Source: Scenedesmus sp. PABB004 (taxonomy: Eukaryota). Taken from it: a stretch of DNA of 64,000 nucleotides. Below are positions 35,067 to 47,380 of the stretch, piece after piece. Made by a program: the position numbers and the translations under genes. The stretch is from assembly GCA_014905635.1 (NCBI GenBank), contig JABVCE010000032.1, positions 248,001 to 312,000 of the forward strand. Direction: 5' to 3'. Numbering within the stretch: position 1 is the first letter of the stretch; every line of letters begins with the position of its first letter. Below the pieces are notes generated by a model. It was not told the origin of the DNA and searched no databases. It saw only the letters and a program-made list of their open reading frames with translations.

Positions 35067-36792
35067 TCACATGCTGTCCGTGACCGAGTCGGCGCCGACC
35101 AGCTCCGGCGGCAGCGCGCTCGCCACCGCCGCGCGCGCCTCCTCGCACACCTGCGCGCCGGCGGCGGCGGCGGCCGGTCAGCCCGGCGTGGCGCGACGCC
35201 AGGGGGCTAGCCCCCCCCCCCCCACACACACACACACACGCCCGCGCACCTTGTCGGCGCCCCTGCCCGCCGCGGGGATGGGCGGGTGCACCACGATGCG
35301 CACGCGCCCGCCAAACATCTGGCCCTCGCGCCCCGCCGGCATCACGCGGCCTGCGGCGGCGCGTGCGCGGTGGGCGGGCGCGGCAGCGGCGGCCGCGCAC
35401 GCACGATGCCCCCCCTCCCCCCGCGCGCGCGGCCACGCCGCCCAAGCGCCACGCCGCCCAAGCCGCGCCGCGCCGCGCACCCGTGCCGAGGAGCGTGATG
35501 GGCACCACGGGCGCGCCGGCCTTGACCGCGACGCTGAACGCGCCCTTCTTGAAGCCGCCGAGCACGCAGTCCTTGCTGCGCGTGCCCTCGGGGAAGAAGA
35601 GGCAGCTCGCGCCCGCGCCGAGCAGGGTGATGCACGTCTGCAGGCACTTGAGCTGGCTGCGCCGGTCGACGCGGTTCAGCATGATGTGCCCTGGTGGTGG
35701 TGGTGGCGGGTGGGGGGGGGGGATGCAGGCGGGCGGGAGCGCGATGGGGGACGGTGAAGGGGGGGGGTGACGAGGGCAGCGGTCCGGCAGCGCGGCAGCG
35801 CGAAGCTCCCCACTGCCTCGGCAGCGCCGCCGGCGCCGCCGGCGGCAAGCCACCCCCCCCCCCCCCCACACACACACGCGCGCGCACACTCCCCCGCCGC
35901 CGCGCCTGTGAGGAACATGGACCAGCCGACGATGGGGATGAGGAAGTTTGATGTCTTGCTGATGAACTTGAACGGCCGGCGCAGGTGGAAGAGGCTGTAG
36001 ATGTCCATGAAGCTCTGGTGGTTGGCCACGTACACCGCCGGCGCGCCCGGCGGCGGCAGGTTCTCGCGCCCCACCACCTGCGCGCGCGCGCGCGGCGGCC
36101 GGCGGCGTGGGCCCGCGGGTCTACGCCGGGGGCAGGCGCGCGCGGCCTGGGCGGCGAGAGCCCCCCCCCCCCCCCCAAAACGCGCCTCGACGCTGTAGAA
36201 GGGCGTTGTGCTCGCGATGGCCCACAGGTTGTTCACGTAGTGCTGCGCCAGGCGCCGCGTGTTGTCGAGCGCCATCACCGGCAGGCACAGGCACAGCATT
36301 GCGATGAACAGCGGCACCGCCAGCGCAAACGTCCACGCCGCAAACAGCGCGGCCCGCACGTGCGCCAGCAGCTTTGCGACCCCTGCGCGGCGCGCGCGGG
36401 GGGCGCGCGTGAGCGGCGGGCTGCCGCGGCCCCCGCGCGACCAGCTTGCCGCCGAGCACGTCGGCCCGCAGCGCCGGCAGCAGCGCACCTCCTGCCGCCG
36501 CGGCGTCATCGTCGCCCGCCGGCAGCGGTGTCGCTGCCGCCGCCGCCGCCGCGCAGGCCAGGCCCGCGCCGCGGCGGGCGTGGGGCGGCGCGCCGCCCGG
36601 GTGGCGCGCCGGGGCGTCAATGGGCCGCCCGGCCGGGCAGGGGGCCCGAGCCTGCTGCGCGACGGCGCCCGCGGGGCGCGCTGGCGCCCCGCGGCCCAGC
36701 GTCCAGGCGCACGGCCGCAGCGATCGCCAGGGCTGCAGCCCGGCCACGCGCCGCGCGGCGGCGCTGGTGCTGCTGCTGCTTGCGGCCTGCAT
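35067..36792 (-). CDS. LPAT1: Plastid 1-acyl-sn-glycerol-3-phosphate acyltransferase (LPAAT)
   Basis: NHQSFMDIY, FKFISKTSNFLIPIVGWSMFLTGH, FFPEGTRS, FKKGAFSVA; transit-peptide-like N-terminus. Confidence 0.93.
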
Positions 36793-37048
36793 CCTGCAGC
36801 TGCCCTCGCTGCTGCCCTCGCCGCTCAGCTGCGCGCGGGCCGGCCGGGCATCGCGGGTCGCGAGCTGGCGAGGGAGCGCGCCCCGGATCTGTGGCGCGCG
36901 GTGCGCTCCGCCAGCGGCGGCGCGTGCGCGGCGCTGCTGCTGCTGCTGCCGCCGCTCGAGCGTGGTGCGCAGCTTGCCTGTTGTGTGAGGATGCACCAGG
37001 CCACTTCGTTTCCCAGCGCCGCAAACGGCTCGCGCAAACCCGCGGGTC

Positions 37049-39242
37049 TCAACTACCGCTGAGCCCCGCCGAGCGGCTTGGACGCCGACCCGCCGCCGCC
37101 GCCGCCCCAGCCGCCCCCGCCCCCGCCGCGGCGCCGGGCGGTTTGGGCGTCGGCGGCTTGGCGGCGCCAGGCGGCTTGGCGCCCGGCGGCGCCTTCTTCT
37201 TTGGGGCCGCGGGCGCGGGCGAGGGCGAGGGGCGCATGCTCTCGTCCTCAAACTCCTTGTGCATCTGCTGCAGGTTTTTGAAAAACCCGATGCTCGGCAG
37301 CTCCACGGGCGCGCCCGGCGCGGTCGCGTTGGCGGTGGCGTTGCAGGAGAGGTGGGTCTGGTTGGCGGTGCGGTTGAGGTTGATCTCGGTCTCGTTGCAC
37401 GCCGGCGCAGCAGTCACCGTGATCGTCTGGTTGAGCGTGGGCAGCTGCGGCACGATGCGCGGCACCGAGGGCAGCAGCGCCTTGAGCCCCACGCTGCTCG
37501 CCAGCGCCTCGCCCAGCAGCGGCAGCGGCAGGCCGCCCGGCAGCGCCGGCAGCGCCGGCAGGCGCAGCCCCGCGCCGCGCAGGCCGCCGCTGCTCGCGCT
37601 GCTGCGCGAGAGCGTGGCCGAGGGCAGGCGCAGCTGCGTCGCGAGCACGGGCGCGCGCCGCACGCCCGCGCCGGCGGGCTGCGAGGTCGCGTTGGCGGAC
37701 GCGGACGCCGACGTCACGCCCGTCGCGCGCGACAGCGCGGCCGCATTGGCCGCGCCCGCCTGCGCGGCGGCGGCGCTGTCCGCGGCCGCGGCCGCGGCGA
37801 GGCCCGTCGCCGCGGTCGCGGCGAGCGCCGCCGAGTTGCCGACGCCGCTGAAGCTGGTGCTGCCGACGCGGCTGGTCGCGTTGAGCGCCGCCGCGCTCAG
37901 GCTCGCGCTCTTGGCGGTGGAAGAGCCTAGTGCTGCGTGTTGGTGGTGTGTGTGTGAGTGTGTGTGTGTGTGGGGGGGTGAGGGTGAGGGAGAGGGGTGA
38001 GAAGGGGGCGAGAGGGGCGCGTGGGGTGAGCCGGCCCCCAGCGCGGCTGCGCGGGCCCGGGGCCGGCTGGGCGCCGGCGCGGCCCGCCCGCCCACCCACC
38101 CGACTTGGCGGTCGCGAGGGCCTGTGTGTCGGCGCTGGCCTCGAGGCTGGCCGCGGTCGAGCCCACGGTCGCCTTGCTCGCGCCCGTGAGCGTGCCCGCG
38201 ATGACGCCCGTGTGCGCGCTGGTGTCGCCCTCGGCGAGGCTGTTGGCGAGCTGCGCGCCGTACGACTCGCCCAGGCCCGTCATCGACGCGCCGAGGCCGG
38301 CGCTGTCGGCGCCCTTCTTGCCGACCGCGTTGGTCAGGCCGCCCGTCGCGGTGGGGCCGGCGATGTCGAATGCCGCCGCGCGCACGCTCGTGTCGGCGGC
38401 GCCCTGCGGCGTGGCCGCGAGGTTGCTGCTCATCGCGTTCTGGCTCAGCCCGCCGCCGTTGATGACAAAGGTGTCGGTGCTCGCCTTGGCGCCGGTGCGA
38501 CCGAGCGCGGTCGCGCCGTTGGAGGAGCGCCCCGCGCCGACGAGGCCAAACACGATGCCGCGCGCGTTGGCCGTCGCGTCGCGGCCCGCGAGCGTGAGCG
38601 CGTTGGACATCGCCGCGCCGTCCATGAAGGGGTTGATGTTGAGCGCGCCGCTCTGCACGTCGGCGAGGCCCCGGTCGGGCGTGTTGGTGTCGGCGGTGTT
38701 GGACGAGATCGTGCCCGTCACGAGCGCCTTTGCAAACTCGAGCGCGGTCATGCCGTTCTCCAGCGTGATGTTGTCCAGCCGCGGGAGCGTCCAGTTGCGC
38801 GGCCCGCCGGAGCGCGGCGCCGCAAAGAGGCTCATGTTCTTGGGCAGCTGCTGCAGCAGGCCCAGCATCTGCTGCGCCGCCAGCGACGCGGCCGACGGCG
38901 GCTCCCCCGGTGCCGCCGACGACGCGTTGGCGGGGACCGCGGTGCCGTTGAGCGGGGCGGCCAGACCGGGCGCGCCGCCGCCGCTCGCGGCTGCTGGCGC
39001 CGGCGCCGTTGCGGTCGGCAGCGGCGCCGTTGGCAGCAGCGCCGCGCCGCCCGCGAGCGCGGGGCCGACGACGTCGCCCTGCAGCAGCGCGCGGCCTCGT
39101 GCGTCGCCTGCGGCGCGGCGGTCGCACAGGCGTGAGCGCCGCCACGAGTGAGCAGCTGCGCGCAGCGTGCCGGCGCCTCACGTGCGCCGGCCGCCAGCGC
39201 CAGCAGCGCCAGCAGCAGCCAGCGGCGCCGCGCGGCGCCCAT
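37049..39242 (-). CDS. Secreted Ala/Gly/Thr-rich protein, unknown function
   Basis: Signal peptide MGAARRRWLLLALLALAAG; several N-x-T sequons; P/K-rich tail; probably three exons. Confidence 0.6.
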
Positions 39243-39723
39243 GGCGCGGGGGACGCCGCCGCGCTGGTCGTTGGCTTCTGACCCGCCTAAAAAGCTACCG
39301 CGATGCTGTGCAGTCGGCGCGGGCGCGCGGCGGGGCCGCGGGACGCTTCGCGCGCGCGCTGGGCGCGCGCTCCCTAGCGCGGAGGGGGCGCGTGCCAGCG
39401 GCGAGCTGGTCTAGCTAGGTGACTCGAGCACGAGCTCGGGGCGAGCCGGCGGACGCGGGGGCGGCCTGGCCGGTGCGATGCTGTACCGCCGCCAGTTGCG
39501 GCGGGCGCGCGAGCGCTCAGGGTGGCTGCGAGTGCGGGGTGCCTGCTGACTCGAGGCTGTGAGTGCATGCGGCGCGGGGGGCCCTGCTGGGGGTGGTTGC
39601 AGCAGCACGCGCCGCTCTTGTTCTCTCTCAACCCTTGCGACGCTCCGGTCTCTTGCTCGGACGCCCTGCCCACGGCGCACGAGCGCGAGGGAAGACCGGC
39701 CCCCTCTCTCTCTCGCGCGCGCC

Positions 39724-41348
39724 TCACAGGCCGATCTGCTTCTCGAGCTTGGGCAGCGCGTCCAGGAAGAGCAGCGTGAACATGGCGTGCGGTGCGATGC
39801 TGCGGGGCGGGGCGGTGGCGGCATGAGGCGGCAGACGGCGCGAGGGCGCGGGCGCGGCGCGGGCGCCGCGCCGGCGAGCTGCTGCGGCCGCCGGCCCCCG
39901 CTGCCGCCGCCCTGGCCCCCCCCCCCCCCCCGGAATCCAGGAGCGCACCGCACGAGGTAGGTGGGGAAGCCGGTGTAGAACTTGAGCGGGCCCTCGCTGC
40001 GCAGCGTCTGCAGCGCGCAGTCGACGGGGCCGCGGTAGGGCATGGTGCCGTCGGCGTTGGGCGTCATGCGCTGCATGCGCGTCTTGACAAAGTCAAAGGG
40101 CAGGCTGCACGCGCTCGCAAAGAAGCCCGCGATCATCGACCCCCCCAGCACCGCGACGCTGCCGCCCTTGGTGAAGCCGGCCGCCTCGATCATCTCCTTG
40201 GCCTGGTCGTTGGACGCGAGCATGCCCATGTTGAGCGCCATCGCGCGCACCACCGTGGGCCCGCCGCCGCGGAACAGCCCCGCCACGCCGTCCTCGCGCA
40301 CGATGCGCACCTGCGCCGCCGCGGCGAGGGAACGCAGGCGGCGGCGCCCGCGCGCGTCGGAGCAGGCCTGGTGCGCGCAGCGCGCGCCCGGCGGCGTGGC
40401 CGCCGCCCGCCCCCAGGGCCGCCGCCCGTGCGCCCCCAGGGCCCCGCCCCGCCCCGCCCCGCGCCCCCCCCGCCCGCCCCGCGCCCCGCTAAGCCCCACA
40501 CCATGGCGTCGCCCACGCCCTTGTAGTTGCGGCGCTGGTCCACCGGCAGCGTGCTGTCCGCCTGCGGGCGGGCGGGCGGGCGGGCGGGCAGCCGGGTCGG
40601 GGCGCGCCCGCGTGCGTGCGTGCGGCAGTCCACGCTCGCCGCTGCTGCCTCGAGTGCCGCCGCTGCTTCATGTGCCGCCGCCGCCGCCGCCGCGACGCCA
40701 CCACACCACCACCGCGCGCTGCTGCCCGCCAGCCCCCCCCCCCCCCCCCCCCCCCCCCCCGCGCGCGCGCCCCCGCCCCTCGGGCGCGCCCCGCCCCGCG
40801 CGCCGCGGCGGCCCACCTGCATGCGGATGAGCGTGAGGTCGGCGGGCGTGCCCACCAGCGCGCCCAGGCCGCCCGCGGCCAGGCCGCACGCCGCCTTCTG
40901 CCACAGCGGCAGGTTCTTGCCGCCGTTGGCGCTCTTGGCTGCCTCCGTGAGCTGGCTGAAGATGCCCAGGCGCGCCGTCGTGTAGGTCGCCTGGCGCAGC
41001 AGGCCCGCCGAGAGGCCCTTGTACAGGGAGCCAAAGCCGTCCTTGGCGATGATGTCGCGCGCCACGCCCAGCTGCGCAGAGAGGAGGCGTGCGAGGGGCG
41101 CGCAGGTCGGGTCGCGCTCCGCCGCCGCGCCGCCCGCCCGTGCGACGGGCCGCCGCACCGCCCCGCCGCCTTGCCCCGCTCACCGGGCCGCCGGTCGCGC
41201 CGAGCTGCAGGCGGACCTTGACCATGTCGACGGGCTGGATGAGGCAGGTCGCGCCCATCCCGCTCAGGCCGCCGTTGACGTACGGCTTCACGGCCTTCCA
41301 CACCGGGTTGTCCGCCATGCTCGACGACTGGGACATCGCCACGGCCAT
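39724..41348 (-). CDS. DTC: Mitochondrial dicarboxylate/tricarboxylate (oxoglutarate/malate) carrier, copy 1
   Basis: QPVDMVKVRLQL, GLLRQATYTTARLG, TPADLTLIRMQAD, VVRAMALNMGMLA, LPFDFVKTRMQ; ends EKQIGL*. Confidence 0.93.
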
Positions 41349-41956
41349 GCGCGCCGGGCAGGCGGCGCGGGGGCGCAGAGGGAGGGCCTGCGGATCCAGC
41401 GCAAGTGCACCAACGCGCGCACCGCATCAGGCGGCGCGTGCGCGGCGGGGCGGGCGTCGCGTGCGCTGTGAACCGGCGCGGGGCACGTAATTGGCCCCCG
41501 CCACGGCCCCCAGCGCAACCAGGCGCGCCGCGGTGTGGCGCTGCTGCCGCGCACGCCGCGCATGCGCCGCGCCCGCCCGCTATGCGATGCTGTGGTGGCC
41601 GCGTGCACTGGAACAATCGCATAAGCTGCCGGCCGCCCGTGCCCGCTGCTGCAGGAGCGCGCACCTGAAGAGCGCTGAGAGGGGTCGCCGCGGGCGCAGC
41701 ACACGCAGAGCGAGCGAGGCGGGCGCAAAAGGTGGTGACGGTGCGGCGCGGAGTGGCTGAGCAGGTCGGACGGCGCCGCCGTTAACGCCGCCCGCTCGCG
41801 CGCCCGCCGCACGCAGCGCGCGCCGCCGCCGCCGTGAGTGCACCGCCGCCGCGCCCCCGGCCGGGTTGCGCGCCACCGCCGCTGCACGGCCACTGCCCGC
41901 TCATCGCGCACGCTCGCTGCTCGCGCGCCCGCCCGCCCGCGAGCAGCGCGGCGCGC

Positions 41957-42962
41957 TCAGAGGCCCGCGGCGCGCTGGTACTCGTTGAGGGCGTTGAGGA
42001 AGACCAGCGTGAACATGACGTGCGGCCCGATGCTGCATGCGGCGGCGGGCGGTGGCGGGCCGCCGTGAGGCGGCCTCGAGGGCGCCTCGAGCGGCCGGGG
42101 CGACTGCGGCGCCGCGCCGGCCAGCTGCTGTGGCCGCCGGCCTCAGCTGCCCGCCGCCCGCGCGCGCGCGCACCCCGCCAGCCCCCCCCCTCCCCCCCCT
42201 CGCCCCCCTCGCTGGAGCGCACCGCACGAGGTAGGTGGGGAAGCCGGTGTAGAACTTGAGCGGGCCCTCGCTGCGCAGCGTCTGCAGCGCGCAGTCGACG
42301 GGGCCGCGGTAGGGCATGGTGCCGTCGGCGTTGGGCGTCATGCGCTGCATGCGCGTCTTGACAAAGTCAAAGGGCAGGCTGCACGCGCTCGCAAAGAAGC
42401 CCGCGATCATCGAACCCCCCAGCACCGCGACGCTGCCGCCCTTGGTGAAGCCGGCCGCCTCGATCATCTCCTTGGCCTGGTCGTTGGACGCGAGCATGCC
42501 CATGTTGAGCGCCATCGCGCGCACCACCGTGGGCCCGCCGCCGCGGAACAGCCCCGCCACGCCGTCCTCGCGCACGATGCGCACCTGCGCCGCCGCGGCG
42601 GCGAGGGAACGCAGGCGGGGGCGTGCGGGCGCTCGCGCGCGTCGGGCGCAGGCCTGGTGCGCGCGGCGCGCGCCCGGCGGCGCGGCCGCCGCCCGCCCCA
42701 GGGCCGCCACCCGCGCGCCCCCAGGGCCCCCACCCCGCCCGGCCCCGCGCCCCGCTAAGCCCCCACACCATGGCGTCGCCCACGCCCTTGTAGTTGCGGC
42801 GCTGGTCCACCGGCAGCGTGCTGTCTGCCTGCGGGCGGGCGGGCGGGCAGCCGGGTCGGGGCGCGCCCGCGTGCGCGCGTGCGGCAGTCCACGCTCGCCG
42901 CCGCTGCCTCGCGTGCCGAAGCCGCTGCCGCCGCGACGCCACCACACCACCACCGCGCGCTG

Positions 42963-42993
<31 letters not shown>

Positions 42994-43530
42994 GCGCGCG
43001 CCCCGCCCCTCGGGCGCGCCCCGCCCCGCGCGCCGCGGCGGCCCACCTGCATGCGGATGAGCGTGAGGTCGGCGGGCGTGCCCACCAGCGCGCCCAGGCC
43101 GCCCGCGGCCAGGCCGCACGCCGCCTTCTGCCACAGCGGCAGGTTCTTGCCGCCGTTGGCGCTCTTGGCCGCCTCCGTGAGCTGGCTGAAGATGCCCAGG
43201 CGCGCCGTCGTGTAGGTCGCCTGGCGCAGCAGGCCCGCCGAGAGGCCCCTGTACAGGGAGCTAAAGCCGTCCTTGGCGATGATGTCGCGCGCCACGCCCA
43301 GCTGCGCGTGGCGCGCGTGCGGGGAGGAGGCGTGAACGGGCGCGCTGCCCGCCGCCGCGGCGCCTGACCGCAGCCGCGCCCCGCCCCGCACTCACCGGGC
43401 CGCCGGTCGCGCCGAGCTGCAGGCGGACCTTGACCATGTCGATGGGCTGGATGAGGCAGGTCGCCATCATGCCACTGGCGCCGCCGTTGACGTACGGCTT
43501 CACCGCCTGCCACGCGGCGCTGTCGGCCAT
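41957..43530 (-). CDS. DTC: Mitochondrial dicarboxylate/tricarboxylate carrier, copy 2
   Basis: Same carrier motifs and intron positions; starts MADSAAWQAVKPY, ends NEYQRAAGL*. Confidence 0.93.
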
Positions 43531-43966
43531 CGCTGCTGCTGCCACCGCGCTGCGGTGCGGCGGCGCCGGCGCCGGCGCGGGCGCAGGTCAGCTCCGCAGG
43601 CCTGACGACAGCAGCCATCGGCCAAGGGCCGCTCAAGGACCGCAGCGCCTGGCGCAGTGGCGGCAGTGAGCCCCCCGCCATTCACCGCCCCTGCGCCGGG
43701 CGGCCCCTGCCGCACGAGGCAGCCGCCGCACGCTGCCCATGACACCGTTCGCCGCTCACCAGGGCAGGCGCCGCGCTGCGGGGGCGTGCGGAGCGCCGGG
43801 AGTGCGCGCGTGGGGTTGCGCGGGTGTGCCGGGCTTGTGGATGCGCAGGCGCTGCGCGGGTGGGCTTGCTTGTGGCCTCGGCCGGCGTCGTGCAGGGCGG
43901 GCAGTGTGCGCACGTGGGGGCGCGCGCGGGGTTTGCCGGCGGCGCTGCGGCCGCTCCGGGGTTAAC

Positions 43967-45760
43967 CTACGACAGCGGGTCGGCGGCCTCCCAGTCGAAG
44001 CCGATGCTGCCCAGCAGCTCCAAGCGCCGCCCGCTCAGCACGCCGCAACGCGCCGCCACGCGCTGCACAGAGCACCAGTTGATGAGGTAAAAGTCGGCGC
44101 CGCCGCTGAGGGACAGCGGGCTCGCGTGGCCGTGCGCCTCCTTGAACCTGGCGGTGGCGGCGGCGGCGGCGGTGGTCGCACGGTGTCACACGTGCAGCAG
44201 GGCGGTGGCGGTGCAGGCCGCGCACATCGCACCGTGCCAGCTCCAGGAACCAGACCAGCCACTCCGCCTCGTCCTCGTCGGCCTCGAAGCCGAGCTCCTC
44301 CAGCGCCGCAGCGCGCGCCTCGGGCAGCGTGCCGCGCGCCAGCTGGCGCCGCTGCTTGGCCGCCCACCTGTGGCGCCGCCGGCGTGGGGCGGGTGAGGGG
44401 CGGGCGCGCCCGAGCGCCGTCCCCCCACATCTGTCAACCCGGCGCCCTCGCACCGCGCCAGGCCCGGGTCGTCGCCCGAGCGAAAGCCCGCGCCCGTGTC
44501 GCCGTGCGCCGCGCGGTACACGCGCAGCTGCGCCAGGCGCTGCCGCCACTCGGGGTCGCCGTCGCACGCGACGCCGTGCTCCCAGGCCTGGGCGGCGCGG
44601 CAGCACGTGGGCGGCGGGCGGGCGGCTGCACAGCGGCACTGCGTCGAGCACTAGCCGCCAAGCCGTCCCACCTGGACGAGGCCCGCCAGCTCCTCCCCGC
44701 TCAGCGCCGCCCAGTCGGCGCCCGGCTCGCCGCCCAGCAGCAGCGCGGGCTGCGCCTCCACCAGCTTCACGACGTCCACGCCCCCCGGTACGCGCGCGCT
44801 CGCCAGCTGCGCAGCGCCGCCGTCGACAGGGGCGCAGCGGCCGTCGGGGGCGCGCGCCCGGGCCTGCTCCCCAGCCCCCTGTCCCCGCGCCCCCAGTGCC
44901 CCGGCGCGGCGCACCCGCATCGCCATGAGCCGCGCCATCATGTCGTGCCGGCTGGCCGCCAGCAGGCGCGGCTCGCGCGTGACCATCCAGATCACGTCCA
45001 CGTCGGCACCGCCGCCCAGCAGCGCGTGCAGCGACACCAGCCGCCGCGACACCGCCGCGATCTGCCGCGGGCCCGGCAGCGGCGCGCGAGCGGTGGCTGT
45101 TGGCGCGTGCGGCAACCGCGCGGCCGCCGCAGCGCCGCGCGCACCTCGGGCACGGCCGAGTCGACCGCCCAAGTGGCGGGCACGCCCGGCAGCAGCGCGC
45201 CCTCCGCCAGCGGCGCTGCGGCGTCGCGCAGCCACGCCGCCTCGACGCCGCCGCCGTCCCCCAGGCCGCCTGCGTGGGGCGCGCCACGCGCACGCAAGTC
45301 CGTGAGCGTGGGCAGGCGGCGGCAGGGCGCTGCGCGCCAGGGGAGAAAGCGGCCCAGCCGCTGCCGCGCACGCACCGAGCTCCTTGGCCACGCGGACCAG
45401 CTGCGCACGCTGGCCGCGCTCAAACACGCCCCGCGCCTCCCAAAAGTCTGACAGCAGGTCGTCCACCGCGGCGGCGGCCGCCGCCGTGGACGCAGCGTCG
45501 GGCGACGCCGCGGGGGCAGCGCAGCAGCAGCGCCGCGGCTGCCCGCCAGCCGGGCGCCGGCGCAGCGGGCAGGGCGCCTGGTCATCTGTGACGGAGCGCG
45601 GTGGTGTCTGGCGCGCTGGCGGGCCCAGAGCCGGCTGCGGGGCCGCGCTGCGGTGGCGGCAGCTCCGCGGCGCGAGCCAAGCCACCGCTCGCCGCTGCTG
45701 CTGCTGCCGCACTCCGGCGCCCAGGCGCGGCGGCGGCGTGCGATGGGTCACGCTGCGCAT
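43967..45760 (-). CDS. Organelle-targeted protein with mTERF-like repeats and two helicase-associated (HA) domains
   Basis: DVIWMVTREPRLL and DVVKLVEAQPALLL (mTERF-like); EWRQRLAQLRVYRAAHG...LARWAAKQRR...LEELGF and FKEAHGH...LINWCSVQR...LLGSIGFDW (HA). Confidence 0.75.
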
Positions 45761-45984
45761 GGGGCCACCGGCAAGCGGCGACGACGTAGGAGGCGGCGCC
45801 GCCGCGGCGCGAGCAGCGTCGAGCGGCGAGCGCTGCCGGATGTCACTGCTCCCTGACCACACACGCCGGCCTAGCGCTGCGCACTTCGGCGGCCGCGCAG
45901 GGCGCAGGGGTGCAATGCGCTGCGGGCCCACCCGACCGCCAGCCCAGGCGGGCGGGCAGGCGGGCGCACCAACCCCCCGCCGCC

Positions 45985-46211
45985 GCGCACCACGCCCGGC
46001 CGCCGCAGGGGCGAGCTGCTGGTCCCACCTCGTGGGTGCAGCGGCGATCGCGGCCAAGTTGCGCGCGCTGGCCAGATGCTTCCGAGGCGAGGGGCTGGCG
46101 GGGTGCTTCGAGCCGCGCGACTACCTCGCAGCCACGGCAGCCAGCAGGCGCCGCCTCGGCGACGGCACCCGGCGACGGCCCCGCCCGCGCCCGCCCGCGG
46201 CGCGCCTGTGA
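45985..46211 (+). pseudogene. Inverted copy of MFP last exon plus acceptor
   Basis: Aligns to the reverse complement of 24698-24905 ([11 protein letters not shown]...FEP.DYLAA...AARL*). Confidence 0.85.
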
Positions 46212-46881
46212 GAACCTTTATACTCCCGGTCTCGATGCGGCCACTTTCCCCACCCCCGCGATGCCTCACGTCGTCCATACGTTCTGCGCCAGCAAAGGCG
46301 TCCGTACATTGAGGCCAGCCGGAACGCTGAACAACAGGCGCCGTCTTCTGCGCAAGACCCTTCCTCAGCCCAGCACACAGCAGATGCCAGACATGACGCA
46401 TGCGCGCCCCGATCCGTGCTTTGCCTTCCTCCTCCTTCCTCCACCTCCTGATGATTCAAACATGACATGACTTGACGAGCATCCACCCGTCCTGCCAACA
46501 GCGTCGTCCCAAGCTGCGGCTTAATAGGAAGACGCTCCCCTGCAAGCTCCCTCCCTTACCCGGTGTGACCATGCACAAAGAGCCCCCTGATTTGATCAAA
46601 GGAGAAAAGGTGCAGCTGCTTCAGCATGAACTTACCCTGCTGTGCACGTGGCCATGGCATGGGCACCTGCTGCCGACACGTCCCTCACAAGACTGAGCTG
46701 ATGCAGAAAAAGCTGTTTGACTGAAGCTTATTTTCCCGCATCACCACCCTGCCTCCCACTCGTCCGCCCCGGCCTGCCCGGTTGAGCGCCGTTTTAGTCG
46801 TGTGTGCGTTCAGAGTCCTCCCGGGCCCCCGGGGATAGCCCCGCCGATGCAGCCCGCAGCGGAGAGCCACCACCACCCCCT

Positions 46882-46887
46882 ACACAC

Positions 46888-46963
<76 letters not shown>
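46882..46963. repeat. (CA)n microsatellite followed by (CG)n
   Basis: Directly visible alternating purine-pyrimidine tract. Confidence 0.95.
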
Positions 46964-46964
<1 letters not shown>

Positions 46965-47380
46965 ATGTGCTGCACGGTGCTGCCACGCCGGCACGAGGTC
47001 CAACGATCCCCTTCTTGGGCTATCACAGCGAGTTCCAGTCAGCAGTCCGCTGCGCCGCCGCTGGAGCGCAGTGCAGAGGCTGCCGTCCCCTCCCTCCCTC
47101 CCTCCCCCCCCAAAAGCGCGATCCCGAACCACCTGCAGTCCCCTCCCCGTCCCAGCCGCATTTGCATTCAGCTGCTCGTGTGGCGCCCACGCCCCGGCCG
47201 TCGCCCCTGACGGTGCTCAGGTGCGCGCATGAAGCGGCGGCAAGCGCGTGACAAGGCGTTTTGCCAACAGCACACTGTGCTGTTGTGCTGTTGCGATCTG
47301 TGCACAACCAGCAAATGTTGAGGGCGGCCGCAACTGGTCGACGAGGCGGCCTCCTCGACGCTGTGCGGTGCCAGAGCTTC

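Noticed and set aside
46447..46500. Second C/D snoRNA (TGATGA)
   Set aside because: No suitably placed D box, terminal stem or rRNA guide.
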